64,000 bases of DNA from Eledone cirrhosa (GCA_964016885.1 OZ024748.1:56792001-56856000), one strand, 5' to 3'. Shown: positions 28,556 through 45,513, counted from the stretch's first letter. Notes: generated by a model from the sequence alone, not told the origin. Made by a program: numbers and translations.

Positions 28556-28749
28556 ATAGGAACAAATAAGACCCCTACGGCTGAGCGCAAGCCGTTTCGA
28601 CGGCTAATTGAGTACAGAATTAGCCGTCGAAACGGCTTGAGCTCAGCCGTCGGAGTCTTATTTGTTCCTATTACCCACTCTACTACCCTAAGTATTGAGT
28701 ACTTTGGTGCGTTATGGTCCACCTGGTTCCTTACCACATTTCCTTCGTT
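28556..28749 (+). mobile_element. fold-back family A element A3
   Basis: Same boundaries and tail as A2. The centre reads GAGTACAG. Confidence 0.85.
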
Positions 28750-29301
28750 ATTTATATATATATATATGTACCTGTGTGTGTATGAGTGTTTTAGTATTAA
28801 CGTGTCCGTTCCAACATAGCTGTATAGATACGTATGTGTGTGGGAGGGGGGGGGGTGCATATCGAATAATATACGGTCTGTTTACGAATAAACATTTAAA
28901 ATCTAATATTTTAAAATTAATGAGTGACGTCATATAACTTGTTCCAGCAGAAATAAACTAACGTGTGTTTAGAAACTATGAACTGGCTGTATGAGTTAAA
29001 GCTTTATATATAACTTTAACTAGTGAATAATAGAGCAAATATTAGGGCATTTAACGAAAGAAAAAATGTACATTTAGCACCCTCGTAACTCGAATCCACG
29101 CCGTCATGCTTCTTGCTGGAGAGAAATGTTTCCATTACACTAAAATGAGCGTGTATGTTTCCTCATGAACTCGGTCCAAAATTTAAAGTCTATTTCGAAT
29201 GTCAGTATAACTTTTAACAGTTCAACTTCTAATTTATTGTGTCTAAAAGTTTAGACGAGTGTATATACGTGCATATATATACATCTGTAATGTAGCTATG
29301 C

Positions 29302-29620
<319 letters not shown>

Positions 29621-30645
29621 GATGTATATAAATGTGTACGTATAAATATATATATATGTGTGTGTGTGTGGTGTATGTGCATGTGATATGCATTTGTGTA
29701 CGTACTTGCGTATTTGTGGGTACTTGTTTATAGGAGGGGTATGATGCTTTCATTTTATTTTCTATATCTTAACTGATTTATCTTTGTAACTATGTGCCGA
29801 TGTTTTGATCTTGTAAAAATATCATAATACTGCAAAATCTTTGATTCCAATGCTGAAATTAGTTTGCTATCTACAAGAGAGAATCCGTCAGAATATTCCT
29901 TGATAAAATCTTTCTATACGGTGAGACGTAATTCATTCAGATATATGCATATGTATTCATATTGTCCATATAGATATGCATACATAATACTTTTAAATCG
30001 GAATGTCTATGTTTGCTTCTGTTTGTTTCTTAATTGATCTTTCTTCTTATAGTGAATATATATGTGTAATAGCATGTAAATGTGTGTATGTGTGGAGGGT
30101 TGGCTGAGGGTTGCTGCGGTGAATATTGGTTGCATATCATATGTAAGACCATGTAAATATGTACGACGATGGTGAGTATGGGGGGTTGATAGTGTTGGTG
30201 GTGACGGCGAAAATTGGTTGCAATTGTAAATTATCGATCGCTGTTTGAAGAGTTTGGTTGATGTCCATCCAATAGCATTGTTCTTCAGAAATATTTTTCC
30301 TTAGATTCTTCTGATTACGTTGCCCCCAAGTGGCATAACACGAAACAATGATTATTCGTTCCGAGTTGCTTAACCGTGTTCCAATGATGCCGTCACTGAT
30401 CTTTGTCGAAATTCCAGTGGGAGGTACATTCTAGAAGTAACTGTTCTCACATTCTCAGATTTATCTATCTTTATCACTTTCTCTATTTATCCCACACACA
30501 TCCTATCCCTTTCTAGACCCCCCTCACACTTCTCACTACCCCAATCACTCTCACGCCTTCACCCGTTCTCTTTAATAGATCCCTAATACATGCACAAACA
30601 CATACATCATTCATTTTCTCTGTTTTACATACGTGCAGATATGGT

Positions 30646-30708
<63 letters not shown>

Positions 30709-30778
30709 ATATATATATGTATAATATATATATATATGTATGTATATGTATGTATATATATATATATGTATGTGTATG

Positions 30779-30825
<47 letters not shown>

Positions 30826-30848
30826 TTGCGTGTGTATGTATTTATATG

Positions 30849-30881
<33 letters not shown>

Positions 30882-30892
30882 GCGTGTGTATG

Positions 30893-30929
<37 letters not shown>

Positions 30930-31860
30930 ATGTATATATATGCATACACTGTTACACATATGCATAACCACCCTTTCATGCAACCTCATCTCTCTCTTAC
31001 CCTCCCTCATACTCTTCATACATACATTCTTTCTCTATCTAACATTTTCTTTTAGTTTCTCCTTCTTTTTCTTACCCTCTAATAGAATTCATAACACATG
31101 AAGCGAGTCAGCCGTCAAAGGAAAGTCATATCCAAAATATAATGAACAAAATAAATATATAGAAAAAAAACACAGGCATATATATATATATATATATATT
31201 TTATATATATATATGTATGTATATTTCTATATATATATGTATATATATATATGTATGTGTATATATATATATATATCTGTATGAATGTATGTATATATAT
31301 ATTTATGGCAGAAAGAGGGAAAAAATAAAAGAATGAAAACGAAACAAAATGTTGTAAATTAGTGGCCCGGAACCCTGAAGAGTTATTTGAAATTATGGGC
31401 TGCCATAATTTCGTAACCTTCAGACCGTTTACTTGAAATCATCCGTATCATAAATGCTCCGACCCTCTCTCCCTCTCCCGTCTTCTCCTCCTCTCTTTAT
31501 CTCTCTCTCTCTCTCTCTCTCTCTCGCTCACTCTCACTCTCTCCTCCCACACTCACTGTCTCTCTTTTTCTCTCTCTCTATATCAAGCTATCTTTTTCCC
31601 TGTATACTTGCAACTGAATGGTTCCAGGAAAGATATGAAGAAATCTCCCATCAATATTTAGACAATTAATGTCTTCAAGATACTCTTATTAAGAACATTA
31701 TACGTAAGTACTTTTCATTTTGTAAGGATGTGGGTGGTAGTCTATGCAAAGAGGAAGTTATGGGTTCATCCTTTTTTTTATGTTTTCTATCATCTTTCAG
31801 AGTAAAATATATATATAAAATAATGGGATATATATATGTGTATATATATACATATATATG

Positions 31861-31891
<31 letters not shown>

Positions 31892-31972
31892 ATGTATATA
31901 CATATATATGTATACATATATATATGTATGTATATACATATATATGTATATATATATGTATGTATATACATA

Positions 31973-32024
<52 letters not shown>

Positions 32025-32050
32025 TATATATATAAATATAGTGATATATT

Positions 32051-32094
<44 letters not shown>

Positions 32095-32172
32095 TATATA
32101 TATAAATATAGTGATATATTTGTCTATATATATAATATAAATATATATATATGTATATCTATATATATATAT

Positions 32173-32284
<112 letters not shown>

Positions 32285-32837
32285 AATGTGTGTGGGTGTA
32301 AATATATAATCATTTATTTTTCTCTATTTCCTTTCTTAGATTTTCTTTTCTGTGTAAAAGAAATTAATGAATACCGATGATCATGCGCGGACGAGTGGTT
32401 CCCTTAAGAAAATGCCTGAAGACCTACGATGTTATTATGGCAGATGAGGGGCAGTATGGTGAGCTCCAATCCATCTTATTCTCACGCTACTACCTTTTAG
32501 TATTATCTACCATTTTTCATCATTGTTATATTATCTTTAAACTGATTAGTGGAAATGATTTGAAAAGATCATTTTCTATGAAAATCTAACATACGAACGA
32601 TCACATTTCGTTTCTTCAGAAGGTTAGTAGTGCCTAGAAATTATAGGACGGACATTCTAATGATTACTGCAAGCATTGTATGTATATCCATCCACTCTTC
32701 ACACATACACACACGCACACACACACACACACACACTCTCTCTCTCTCCCTCTCTGTCACACATACACACACACACAAACACACACACCCATAGATATAG
32801 ATAAGCAAAAAAATAGCATTTATACTTCTCTCTTTGC

Positions 32838-32937
<100 letters not shown>

Positions 32938-33744
32938 GTGTGGGGGGGGACACATTATGTGCGTATATTTGTGTGTAAGCCTCTATTTCTACACATATAT
33001 ATATATATATGTTTGTGTGTCTGTGTGTGTGTGTGGGGTGGGAGTGTTTATGTTTGTGAGTGGGGAGAAAGCTAGGACAAGACAAAAGAATAACAATAGC
33101 TATTTTCAGAGATGAAGAGACAGAGAGTTGGACGAATATATATTTTAACTGACCCCTGATTGATACATCGATTTCTTTATTGACAAATTGATTGTTTAGT
33201 TAACTCTTTTACTGCTCAAACTAGGAATATATTAGCGAGAAATAATGGAAATGAAATATAGAATAGCAAAGGGAAAATTATTTGGATGAAGATGATAACA
33301 AAATTAAGTTTATATTACTAACTAATGATAAGGTTGCTTAGCCATTTGCAAAAGTAGTTTTGCTGATTAAGACTAGGCCAGGATTGTAAGAGGTAAACAC
33401 AGTTCTGTTTATGCCGAAATATAAGTCGATATTTTCTCCGAATATCGCTCTATATTCCCCACATATGGAGTGGTTTATAATTAAAATTTCTAGCCCGTCA
33501 TTTATAATCGGAGATGATTCTGTTAATCTTGTGTATAATACGTTCACTAAAAGTAATTGGGAGTCCTGTAATCAAGAACAATCAAACACACTCTCTTGAT
33601 CCTGCCACGCCTGATCCCATGCAACATCCAGCATTTGACATTTAAAGTGAGAGCCTGCTACATGAGCACTGGGTTTGGACATTATTTGATAAATCTCATG
33701 ATAAATCTTTGATAAATCTTTGATAAATCTTTGATAAATCTCAA

Positions 33745-33934
33745 TGGCAATGGATTGGCAGTATCGGTAGAGGGTCGGACGCGATGCTTTCCAGCATAGT
33801 TACGTCCCTTTACGATCTGAGATCAAATCCCGCCGAGGTTGACTTTGCCTTTCATCCTTACGGGGTCGATAAAATAAAAGTACAAGTAATGCACTGGGTA
33901 ATTGCTGGCCTTGTGCCTAAATTAGAAACAATTA
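33745..33934 (+). mobile_element. SINE family 1, full length with 15-bp target site duplication TTTGATAAATCTCAA
   Basis: TSD copies at 33730-33744 and 33935-33949. Confidence 0.9.
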
Positions 33935-34666
33935 TTTGATAAATCTCAAAACAATGAAATGTATAATGAACCTCAGATAAATTTGAGCTCAAATCACGGA
34001 GAACTGGAATAAATTTTACGACTCCTTATTTTCCGATATTGTTAAGACTCTGCCCTGATAAATCTTATAAATTCTATATATCATCAATATAGCAAGTCAT
34101 TTTATGTATCAAGGAATGATTAGAATCAATATTCGATCTTAGTGGTGTTTGAAATCAGAACGGATGTGGACGTCAATAAGAGACGCCATGAATTCTGACC
34201 TATTTTTCATGAGATCCTAACATTAACTGTTCATTTAATTAGATGTTGACGTTTTTCTTTCTATCAAATGACTTAAAATTTTGGTCCGGGTGATTCAAAT
34301 GATCCCTAAAGTTATGTACATGTCAAAGCACTTTGAGAAGGTGATAGGGTGGTCAGAGCACGATCATAGCATCGTTGAGTGTGGTACACTGCCCTACATT
34401 CTGCAAAATATACTATATCATGTTCAGTCGACTCAGATGACAAAACAGGTTCAACTTGTAATTCAAACAGTTAGTATTGTCACACAGTGAGCCAGACAAT
34501 GTATCATCCCGATTTATACTTTAAATATAAACATGCAAATTAAACACTCAGGCATTGCAATTTAACTTCATGAGCAGAGTGTGCCGTCAATCTATCAAAT
34601 AGAGCCAACATCGACGGCAATAACGACAACAAAGTGTTAACACAGGTCCAATATGTTTAGGTTAAG

Positions 34667-34765
<99 letters not shown>

Positions 34766-34888
34766 GCGTGCGTGTTGAAATGTCCATGATCTCCAGGAAA
34801 CAACGGAAGAATGGGTTGTCCCCCGCATATGCTTCCCTTTTATTTTTAAATACACTTTATCAAGTAACCACACAGCACCTTGTTTCTT

Positions 34889-34958
<70 letters not shown>

Positions 34959-35549
34959 TTGTGTATATATATATATATCCTATTATCCATGTTTTTTTCG
35001 TAAGTGTGTAGCGTGTGTTTGAGCACTAATAGGCAACCAATGCTGGAAAATCATGCAGTTACGAAGAGTTTCCTATAACTATTAAAGTGCAGTTAAACCC
35101 GCAAGTGTAGGATACATGCTTTTTATAGCAGAATCATACATAAACCACCTCGAGGTTTCGCAGATAAATCTGGACTTCCAACGTATCTAAAACATCAGAA
35201 ATTGGGTTTGAAAGTAATAGACGATTACAACAACCGGGCATATATCTATTACGTTATTTTAATGGCCGCCATTTGCATTCAAGAGCATATCGACCGCGGA
35301 GTCATTTGAAATTGGAAATATAATAAGATGTAAAAAAAATACTGCTATTCTCCCAATCTGACATCACCCTCTGTACGAAACTATATCATATTAATCATTA
35401 ATATATATTCGTTAGCTTTCAAAATGTAATCATGGATTTCAATTCCATCAAAATGTTTAATAACTGCACCGTGACCATAAACCGACTACTCCAAATTTAG
35501 CAACACACGTACACACACACACACATATATATACAGATACATATGTATG

Positions 35550-35630
<81 letters not shown>

Positions 35631-35644
35631 GTATACATACACAC

Positions 35645-35734
<90 letters not shown>

Positions 35735-35830
35735 ATATGTATGTGTGTGTGTATACATATACATATATATTTATATATATGTTGTATGAATATATATACG
35801 CACACACACACGGATATATACAGACACAGG

Positions 35831-35872
<42 letters not shown>

Positions 35873-36272
35873 TACATGTTTATATATTTATATAATTGAT
35901 GTATGAATATACATATACATATATATATGTGTCTATGTATGTCTGCATGCATATATGTATGTGTACCTGCATATATGTATGTATTGGCCTTCTTACAGAA
36001 ATTTAATTTCTAGATGCTGCATAAGTAATTGGAAGATTAGAGAGAAGTAGAATTTGCTGACTGAATCTAGATCCTTCTTAAAGCTTATATATTGTTGTTG
36101 TTTTTTCACCCCAACTTTCCAAGTTGATAGACATTTAGAATTGATTACTAAAATACACAAATATACGCACTTACATAACCTGTTCTACATGTAAACACAC
36201 AGACATGCACACACATATACACATACATATTTCCTTCAATTGAGCCGTAAAGACATCCATAACGAATATATA

Positions 36273-36358
<86 letters not shown>

Positions 36359-36401
36359 TAGATGTATAGATATATAAAGAGAGATACATATAAACATATA
36401 T

Positions 36402-36470
<69 letters not shown>

Positions 36471-36500
36471 TATATATATATATACATACATATATTATGT

Positions 36501-36568
<68 letters not shown>

Positions 36569-37254
36569 ATGTATATTTATATATATAATGTATAATTATA
36601 TATATATATATATATATATATAATGTTATACATTCGACTGTAACTCTGCTGTGTCACTATGTATGTGTCGAGATATAAATAAATAGATGTGAATGTTTAC
36701 AATTTCCAAAACAGTATATCCATTAAACTGTCAATCCATTTATAATCCTATATTTGTATACATATCCGTGCATATATAGTTTATGCATACATATTCCGTC
36801 TACCCTCTCTTTCTCCCCTCCTCTCTCTCTCTCTCCCTCTCCCCGTTATCTCTCTCTCACTCTCTCTCTCTCGCTCTCTCTCTCTTTATATAAATATATA
36901 TATATATATGCATACATGTACCTACGGCATATATATGCACACTCCGCCTGACACATAAGCCAGACACGCCAACACCACGCTCATATATATCTATATATAC
37001 ATATATGTGTGTATGTCTCTGGTTGGGGAATGCATGCTTATGTCTATGTATATGTATGTATTTCAGATTCTTTCAATTGCAATTGAATTATTTTTAATAG
37101 TTTTCCAGTTTTACCCGTTTAGGGAAGGAATCTTATTTAACGCGGATTCTCATTTCCTAAAATCATTTCTGTGTGCAGGAAACGAATTATATGACTGGAT
37201 ATATGCCATAAATTTGACATATAGTAAAGAATATATAACCCATACATAAATACA

Positions 37255-37296
<42 letters not shown>

Positions 37297-37316
37297 GTTT
37301 GTGTTTGAATATATAT

Positions 37317-37509
37317 ATAGGAACGAGTAGGACCCCGACGGCTGAGCTCAAGCCGTTTTGACGGCTAATTCTCACGGAGAATTAGCCGTCGAAACGGCTT
37401 GAGCTCAGCCGTCGGGGTCCTACTCGTTCCTATTACCCACTCTACTACCCTAAGTATTGAGTACTTTGGTGCGTTATGGTCCACCTCGTTCCTACCACAT
37501 TTCCTTCGT

Positions 37510-37510
<1 letters not shown>
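37317..37510 (+). mobile_element. fold-back family A element A4
   Basis: Same boundaries. Private arm variants GAACGAGTAGGAC / GTCCTACTCGTTC. Confidence 0.85.
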
Positions 37511-37576
<66 letters not shown>

Positions 37577-38982
37577 ACCCATGTAATTTTTCAGAGGCTA
37601 TTCGACCTCTAGCCCCTGGTGAACTAAAGGCAGTTATTTGTTTGGTCTTACAATATTAAATACCTACTGTCACCCTCCTGTGAGACGAAAACACATTTCG
37701 TGAAGGGAAAAAAGTGGAAGCCGGCCTGAAAATGTCATGAACCCCGTCACCACTCTGTGTGGTTCGACCTTCTCTAAAAGACAGCAACCTTTAATCACAC
37801 TAAATAAATCCTGTTCCGTCGTCAATGATTGAATAGGTTACATGGTGATACTTCTGGACATGACTGAGTTTATAGAGTTAGTGCAACTGCTGAATCTTAA
37901 CATGACTTGTATGTCACTTTTACGATTTGCGGCACTATTTTTAGGAACTTCATTAATTGATTTTCATCACGACTGATTAAGAACTGGCTAAGAACGAAGC
38001 AATCTAATTCTTTATCTATTGTGACTAATGATTTATAGAAGGATGATATTTAGTTTGTCCCCTTCCCTGTTGCGTGTGACCCCTCTTAGCTTTGCTTCGT
38101 TCCATGAGTACTTGTTAATCAGGTGACCAGATATGTTCCTGAACTTAGTGTTTCAGATATCAAGATCATTTGTTTCATAGAACTCCAAAAGCCAGGATCT
38201 TCGTTAAATCCGTTAATCATGAACACTCTTTCCACTTACAACGCAATAGACAACATGATAATGCGTTACATGACAATCAAAGTCATCAATCTATGTATCG
38301 ATGTCTCTGTCGTCTATTATGAAGGTAATCTACCAGAAGTATTCTTAAAATATCGATCTTTCAGTCTGTGTTGTTTGTTGTTCATATACACAAGTCTTTG
38401 ATTTCATCATGTGATAACAAATCTAAATTTAACTATTCCATCACATACTCTCACGATGTCTATAAACTTATCAGTTTCTGTGTAAACAATATGGTTAATC
38501 ACTCGCCCTCAGGCAGTTATGTGTTCAGAAATATTTCTTACCAATCATTTTACTACTGGTACTTAGCGAACATCTAAAGACAAACATTGTATACACTATC
38601 ATGCTTCCAAACTTAACTTACAAATCTACCTGATGTTGATACAGGAAGATATAAAGACTGACACTTAATATAGAGAAGGAGATTTTCAGTGGTTCTTCGG
38701 TTGATTTGTGACTAGGTTCAGTAAGCTGAAGGAAAGGAGTTAAAACGATCGGCTGAGGAGTTCTCACACATCGCCAGATATTTCCACGTAACTACCTCAC
38801 TAAATTCTTCAACACTAACATGGCAAATATTTATATCGTTTACGCTACTACTGTTTTTAATCCCCTTGAATGTTGTGTTTTCGACGGGTCTTTAACAACT
38901 GGATGCACCAATTATCATACTCACACACACAGATATATGCGACCAAAACATACACACGCACACGCACGCGCACACGCGCACA

Positions 38983-39093
<111 letters not shown>

Positions 39094-39262
39094 GAATATA
39101 TATATAAACCGTAAATTAATAGTCGCGCATGGAGTGTTGGGTGTACATTGTAATACAATTAGCCTTATCGCTCTTTTGAACATGAATTCGTGAATAATAA
39201 TCTTACTTATGAAGTGAATATATAAATCATACTGGGACGCCCGAAAGGGATTGAAGCGAATG

Positions 39263-40395
<1,133 letters not shown>

Positions 40396-41728
40396 GATAT
40401 GGGAGTATGTGTTTATGTTAGGCTGCGTATGTATATGTAAACACACATATATATATATATCTGTATGTATATATATATATGTGTGTGTGTGTGTGTATAC
40501 ATACCTATCTATCGAATGGAAATGCATTATTGATGAAGTGATTATTACTGCCAACGTGCTCAACTGGGACAGATATTATCATGCCACCATTTAAAACACC
40601 GGGAACTATTTACGAGGTAAACAGTCATATCTATTATATGCACGGTTCTTTTAACTCATCTAATCGTGACCTTTATTCACTGAAGAGGCATAACGACTAA
40701 TTATGTTAGTCACTTCTTTGAACATTTGTCTATGTGAATGAAATATATACTAGGGTGGGGCATGAATTATATGTAATAAACTTATAATTTATTCCCCGAT
40801 TGGATGAAAATTAAATTGTGCATGCATCACTAGACAATGTCACTCTTTATTCATTACGTTTCAGGTTGAAACATAAATTAACTAGCCGTTAAAATGAACT
40901 TGAAACATAAATTAACTTGCCGTTGTTATTACTGTAATCAGGGTCGTTCCACTTTTTTCTGCTCCAAATATCAGCGTTCAGGGATACGCATTCTTTGACT
41001 GATTGTTAATCAGGGATCGAAATTTATCAAAGTAATTTTGTTTGTAACAAATTTACGTTCCCGGTCTATGTATATGTGGATTAGAAAATTGAAAATCAAC
41101 AATAGCCATACATTTGTTATGCTTTAAGTAAGAGTTAGTCACTCCACGCACATCTATACCGTTGACAACGATTAATAAAACACTGAAATATTTCTATTCA
41201 GCAAACGATCCGGTATTGTGAAATAGTAAATAATATAGAAACTAGTTATGGACATATTATGAAATCAATCACCAAAGAACCCACTTTAGTAACGTTCTTG
41301 TTAGTGGATTCTTAGAATCTTTACTGCAATCAAACATGCTTTAAAAAACTATCGATTTGGCAAGAAAGATGTAACTAAAGCTGTATGCTTGTGGTTCATC
41401 TGTCAATCATATGTATATATTTCTGAGCGCAAGAAATGGTCACACAAACATTGCCGGATGTCTTCAGAACAAGCAAGACTAAGTTCTGAAATGATAATCA
41501 TGTATTTAAAGATATGTATTGTTGAACCCAAATATATAATAATACATACAGGAATCGCAAACACAAGGTTCTAAACACATTCGCAAAGTATAAACTACTA
41601 ACTCCCCACGGACAACTGGGGCTGCACATCAGGTCCGAACATGGAAGTGCAGAACTCCCACTGTCATCGCCTCCATCTCTCTCGCCCTCCTCTTCTCTTT
41701 GAACTATACGAGGATAATCACACACACA

Positions 41729-41821
<93 letters not shown>

Positions 41822-41903
41822 CCCTCCTCCACTTCCTTCGAAACGTGATACTAATAAGTGTGTTTTTGCATCACTGTGATATATATATATATATATATAT
41901 ACG

Positions 41904-41977
<74 letters not shown>

Positions 41978-42017
41978 AGAGATGCAAAAACACACTTTAT
42001 ATATATATATATGCATA

Positions 42018-42182
42018 TACACTTTATTTCACGTTGCACCAGTTTACTCAGCTGTAGAAATGAGAACCGGCCTGCCCGCCCAGCCAGTGGTATGGCGTTA
42101 TCTTACGGTTAAAACAGCACGACGGGCTGTGACCAGCGGCACCGATTGGCGCCCGACAGAATGGACGGTCAAGGTGATCAAG

Positions 42183-42186
<4 letters not shown>
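42018..42186 (+). mobile_element. SINE family 2, 3' portion
   Basis: CACTTTATTTCACGTTG (shared with 1099-1115)...ACTCAGCTGTAGAAATGAG, ending in a (CAAGGTGAT)2 tail. Confidence 0.65.
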
Positions 42187-42232
<46 letters not shown>

Positions 42233-42287
42233 TATTGTGAGAAAGAGAGAGAGAGAGAGAGAGTCAGATGTATTTATGACTATATAA

Positions 42288-42417
<130 letters not shown>

Positions 42418-42935
42418 AATACTAATACATATATTACAGGGCATATTACAGGCGTAATTCGTTGTTGCTGTCGATATAATTATCGTTTAAATTTAAACAA
42501 ATTTTTCTCTCTGTGTTTCTTGAAAGTCTTATTAATGTTATTTTTATAGTCTCATTATAAATAATCTCTCCCTTCCTCCTTCTCATCATCTCTATATAAA
42601 TTAGTTTCCCCGCCTTCAGTTTATTCCTTTATTCTCTCCGCCTTTCTGTGTTCATATATAAATTCACTTTCAGCCCCCTCTCTCTCTTACTACCTTCTAC
42701 ACTAAATTCAATAGCTCTCTATAACAATGTGCATTATTGCTGCAGCCTATAACAATTTTAAACGCCACTTCACAAAGTCGATTAAACTAGTTTGAGCCAC
42801 TTAGATTTCTTTCCAACCTTCTCTCTCTCCCTCTATCACTCTACGACATTCATTACATGAAATGGTCTTCTTAACTCTATTCGTAGTCCTACATTCACTC
42901 GCTCGCAATCGGCATGAGAGAAAATAACTTTACGA

Positions 42936-43050
<115 letters not shown>

Positions 43051-43093
43051 TCTGTGTGTTCGTATGTGTGTTCGTATGTGTTAGTCTGTATAT

Positions 43094-43305
43094 AGTTTTA
43101 ATATAGATGAGATTCTACAGGATTGAACTGTTTCATTCTTTAGAAATCATCAGGAGGTTCTGGATGAATCCTGAGATTCCTGATGATTTCTAAAGAATGA
43201 AACAGTTCTAGTCCTGTAGAATCTCATCTATATTAAAACTTTTATGCTATGTATTGAGTACCTTACTTACTGTGGTTACTTCCGATTCAACCCGGAATAA
43301 CTTAC
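43094..43305 (+). mobile_element. family D fold-back element: palindrome 43094-43240 plus tail, in (TA)n
   Basis: The arms are complementary, and the tail shares GTATTGAGTAC with family A. Confidence 0.8.
43172..43226 (+). ncRNA. type I hammerhead ribozyme (family D)
   Basis: Perfect 8-bp stem I UGAGAUUC/GAAUCUCA. CUGAUGA at 43180-43186. Stem II uUUC-UAAA-GAAu. GAA-ACAG(8-nt loop)CUGU. GUA at 43216-43218. Confidence 0.8.
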
Positions 43306-43372
43306 CTATATATATATATATATATTATAAAAATAGACAAAGAAGCCTTCAATACATCAAAAGTCTTTATTA

Positions 43373-43414
43373 GCCTACAATGTTTCGTCCCATTAATCAG
43401 GACTTTATCAGGGC
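43373..43414 (-). ncRNA. minimal hammerhead motif with uncompensated G8A (likely inactive), in a short TA-flanked insert 43327-43450
   Basis: GCC-CUGAUAA-a-GUCC(ugauuaaug)GGAC-GAAAC-auu-GUA-GGC. Confidence 0.6.
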
Positions 43415-43448
43415 AAGTTTTACTCCAACACACTCTAGTATTTTAATT

Positions 43449-43531
<83 letters not shown>

Positions 43532-43760
43532 CTTTTTGTGTGTGTGTGTGTGTGTATGTGTATCTTTTTGTCTGTCTGTGTGTGAGTATGTGTGTTAGTC
43601 TGTATATATATATATATATGTGTGTGTGTTTGTCTGTTTGTCTGTCTGTGTGTTCGTATGTGTGTTAGTCTGTATAAATATATATATATATATATATATG
43701 TTTGTGTGTGTGTGCGTGTCTGTGTGTTCGTGTGAATGTATGAGTTAGTCTGTGTGTACA

Positions 43761-44148
43761 TACGAGGGTCGACTGAAACTTTCATGGGCTAACAAAGATA
43801 TTCTCAGGCAATGACCAACAGAGTTTTATTTTTCAACATAGTCACTGACAAAAAACAATGCAATTACTAATAATTGTTTCTACATTTGTCACAAGGCCAG
43901 CTATTACCCAGTGCATTACTGATACTTTATTTTATCGACCCCGTAAGGATGAAAGGTAAAGTCAACCTCGGCGAGATTTGAACTCAGATCATAAAGGGAC
44001 GTAACTATGCTGGAAAGCATTGCGTCCGACCCTCTACCGAAACTGCCAATCCACCATTAATAATGGTTGAAATTAATACGTGCAAGATTTCACAACGCTA
44101 GCATCCCTCGTTCATAGTCAGCCTATGAACTCTCAGTCTACCCTCGTA
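43761..44148. mobile_element. Tc1/mariner-type MITE with nested SINE
   Basis: TIRs TACGAGGGTCGACTGAAACTTTCATGGGCTAAC / GTCAGCCTATGAACTCTCAGTCTACCCTCGTA, with TA at both ends. Confidence 0.8.
43869..44056 (-). mobile_element. SINE family 1, full length, nested in the MITE
   Basis: Reverse complement of the 33745 consensus. Confidence 0.9.
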
Positions 44149-44290
44149 AGTATTGATGGTTATATGCGGAGATTTGTGTATATAACCACGTTTAATATGA
44201 AAAATAAAATCAATGTTGATAATCAGAGTTTATATGAGGGATACAATCTATTTGGTAAGGGAATTCAATATATATATATATATGTGTGTG

Positions 44291-44445
<155 letters not shown>

Positions 44446-44675
44446 CAAAAGCTAAAGAAAATATACAGAAAGAGACAATGAGAAATTGGAGAAATGAAAA
44501 TCAGTAAACATTTGGTTTTCAATATTCAGGGTGGAGAAAGCAGGTTACAGCTACAGAATGAGTGTATGTGTACATAGAAAAACCTGGCTGCGTTTAAGTG
44601 TATTTCTGCGTAATTGTGTGATTGTTTTATTTAAAATATGTCAGTAAACATATCCTACTGTTTTACAATAAAGTA

Positions 44676-44710
<35 letters not shown>

Positions 44711-45043
44711 CAATAATGCCTTTCGCCTCACTATTGCAAACAAACACATATCTTAATAAATAATAAGAGAAATAATTTTAATAATATCGTAATATACTAA
44801 GAATAAGCAAAATAAGGGGATAAAATACACCAAAATAACATAAACTAAAATAAGATGAAATATTTCACAGAGAAACATTACTAACATTGAGAAGAAGAAA
44901 AAAATTGAGAGAATGACGTGAGTAGCTACTGAGGTAAAGAGGTTATCACAAGTGTCACGTGATTCTGATATCTATGACAATCAGGTCCAGCAGAAAATTA
45001 ATTTTGCCCTATGTCTTTCCGGCTATATGAACGTTGAAGTGTG

Positions 45044-45093
<50 letters not shown>

Positions 45094-45102
45094 CGTGCGT
45101 GC

Positions 45103-45211
<109 letters not shown>

Positions 45212-45273
45212 TATGCGTGTGTGTGTGCATATATGTATCTCTGTATTTATGTTTTTATGTGTATGACTATGTG

Positions 45274-45330
<57 letters not shown>

Positions 45331-45421
45331 GTAAAATATATATATATAATAGTACATTATATATATATAGCAGTAAAATATATATATATAATAGTAAATT
45401 ATATATATATAGCAGTAATAT

Positions 45422-45473
<52 letters not shown>

Positions 45474-45475
45474 GC

Positions 45476-45513
<38 letters not shown>

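Noticed and set aside
28447-28860. Recurrent peptide [28 protein letters not shown] / [19 protein letters not shown] in several ORFs
   Set aside because: It is a translation of the non-coding family A repeat. There is no consistent start or stop, and copies carry indels.
33338-33566. Natural-looking 69-aa minus ORF with an upstream TTACAG acceptor
   Set aside because: No recognisable family and no partner exons. A BLASTX or RNA-seq check is needed, so it is left uncalled.
38123-38577. Two overlapping plus ORFs, possibly a decayed retroelement
   Set aside because: No diagnostic RT or endonuclease motif could be read.
40866-40924. 25-bp direct repeat with a 9-bp spacer (also the 14-bp tandem near 15746 and the 70-bp-period repeat at 32021-32132)
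   Set aside because: These are ordinary local slippage duplications with only two units each.
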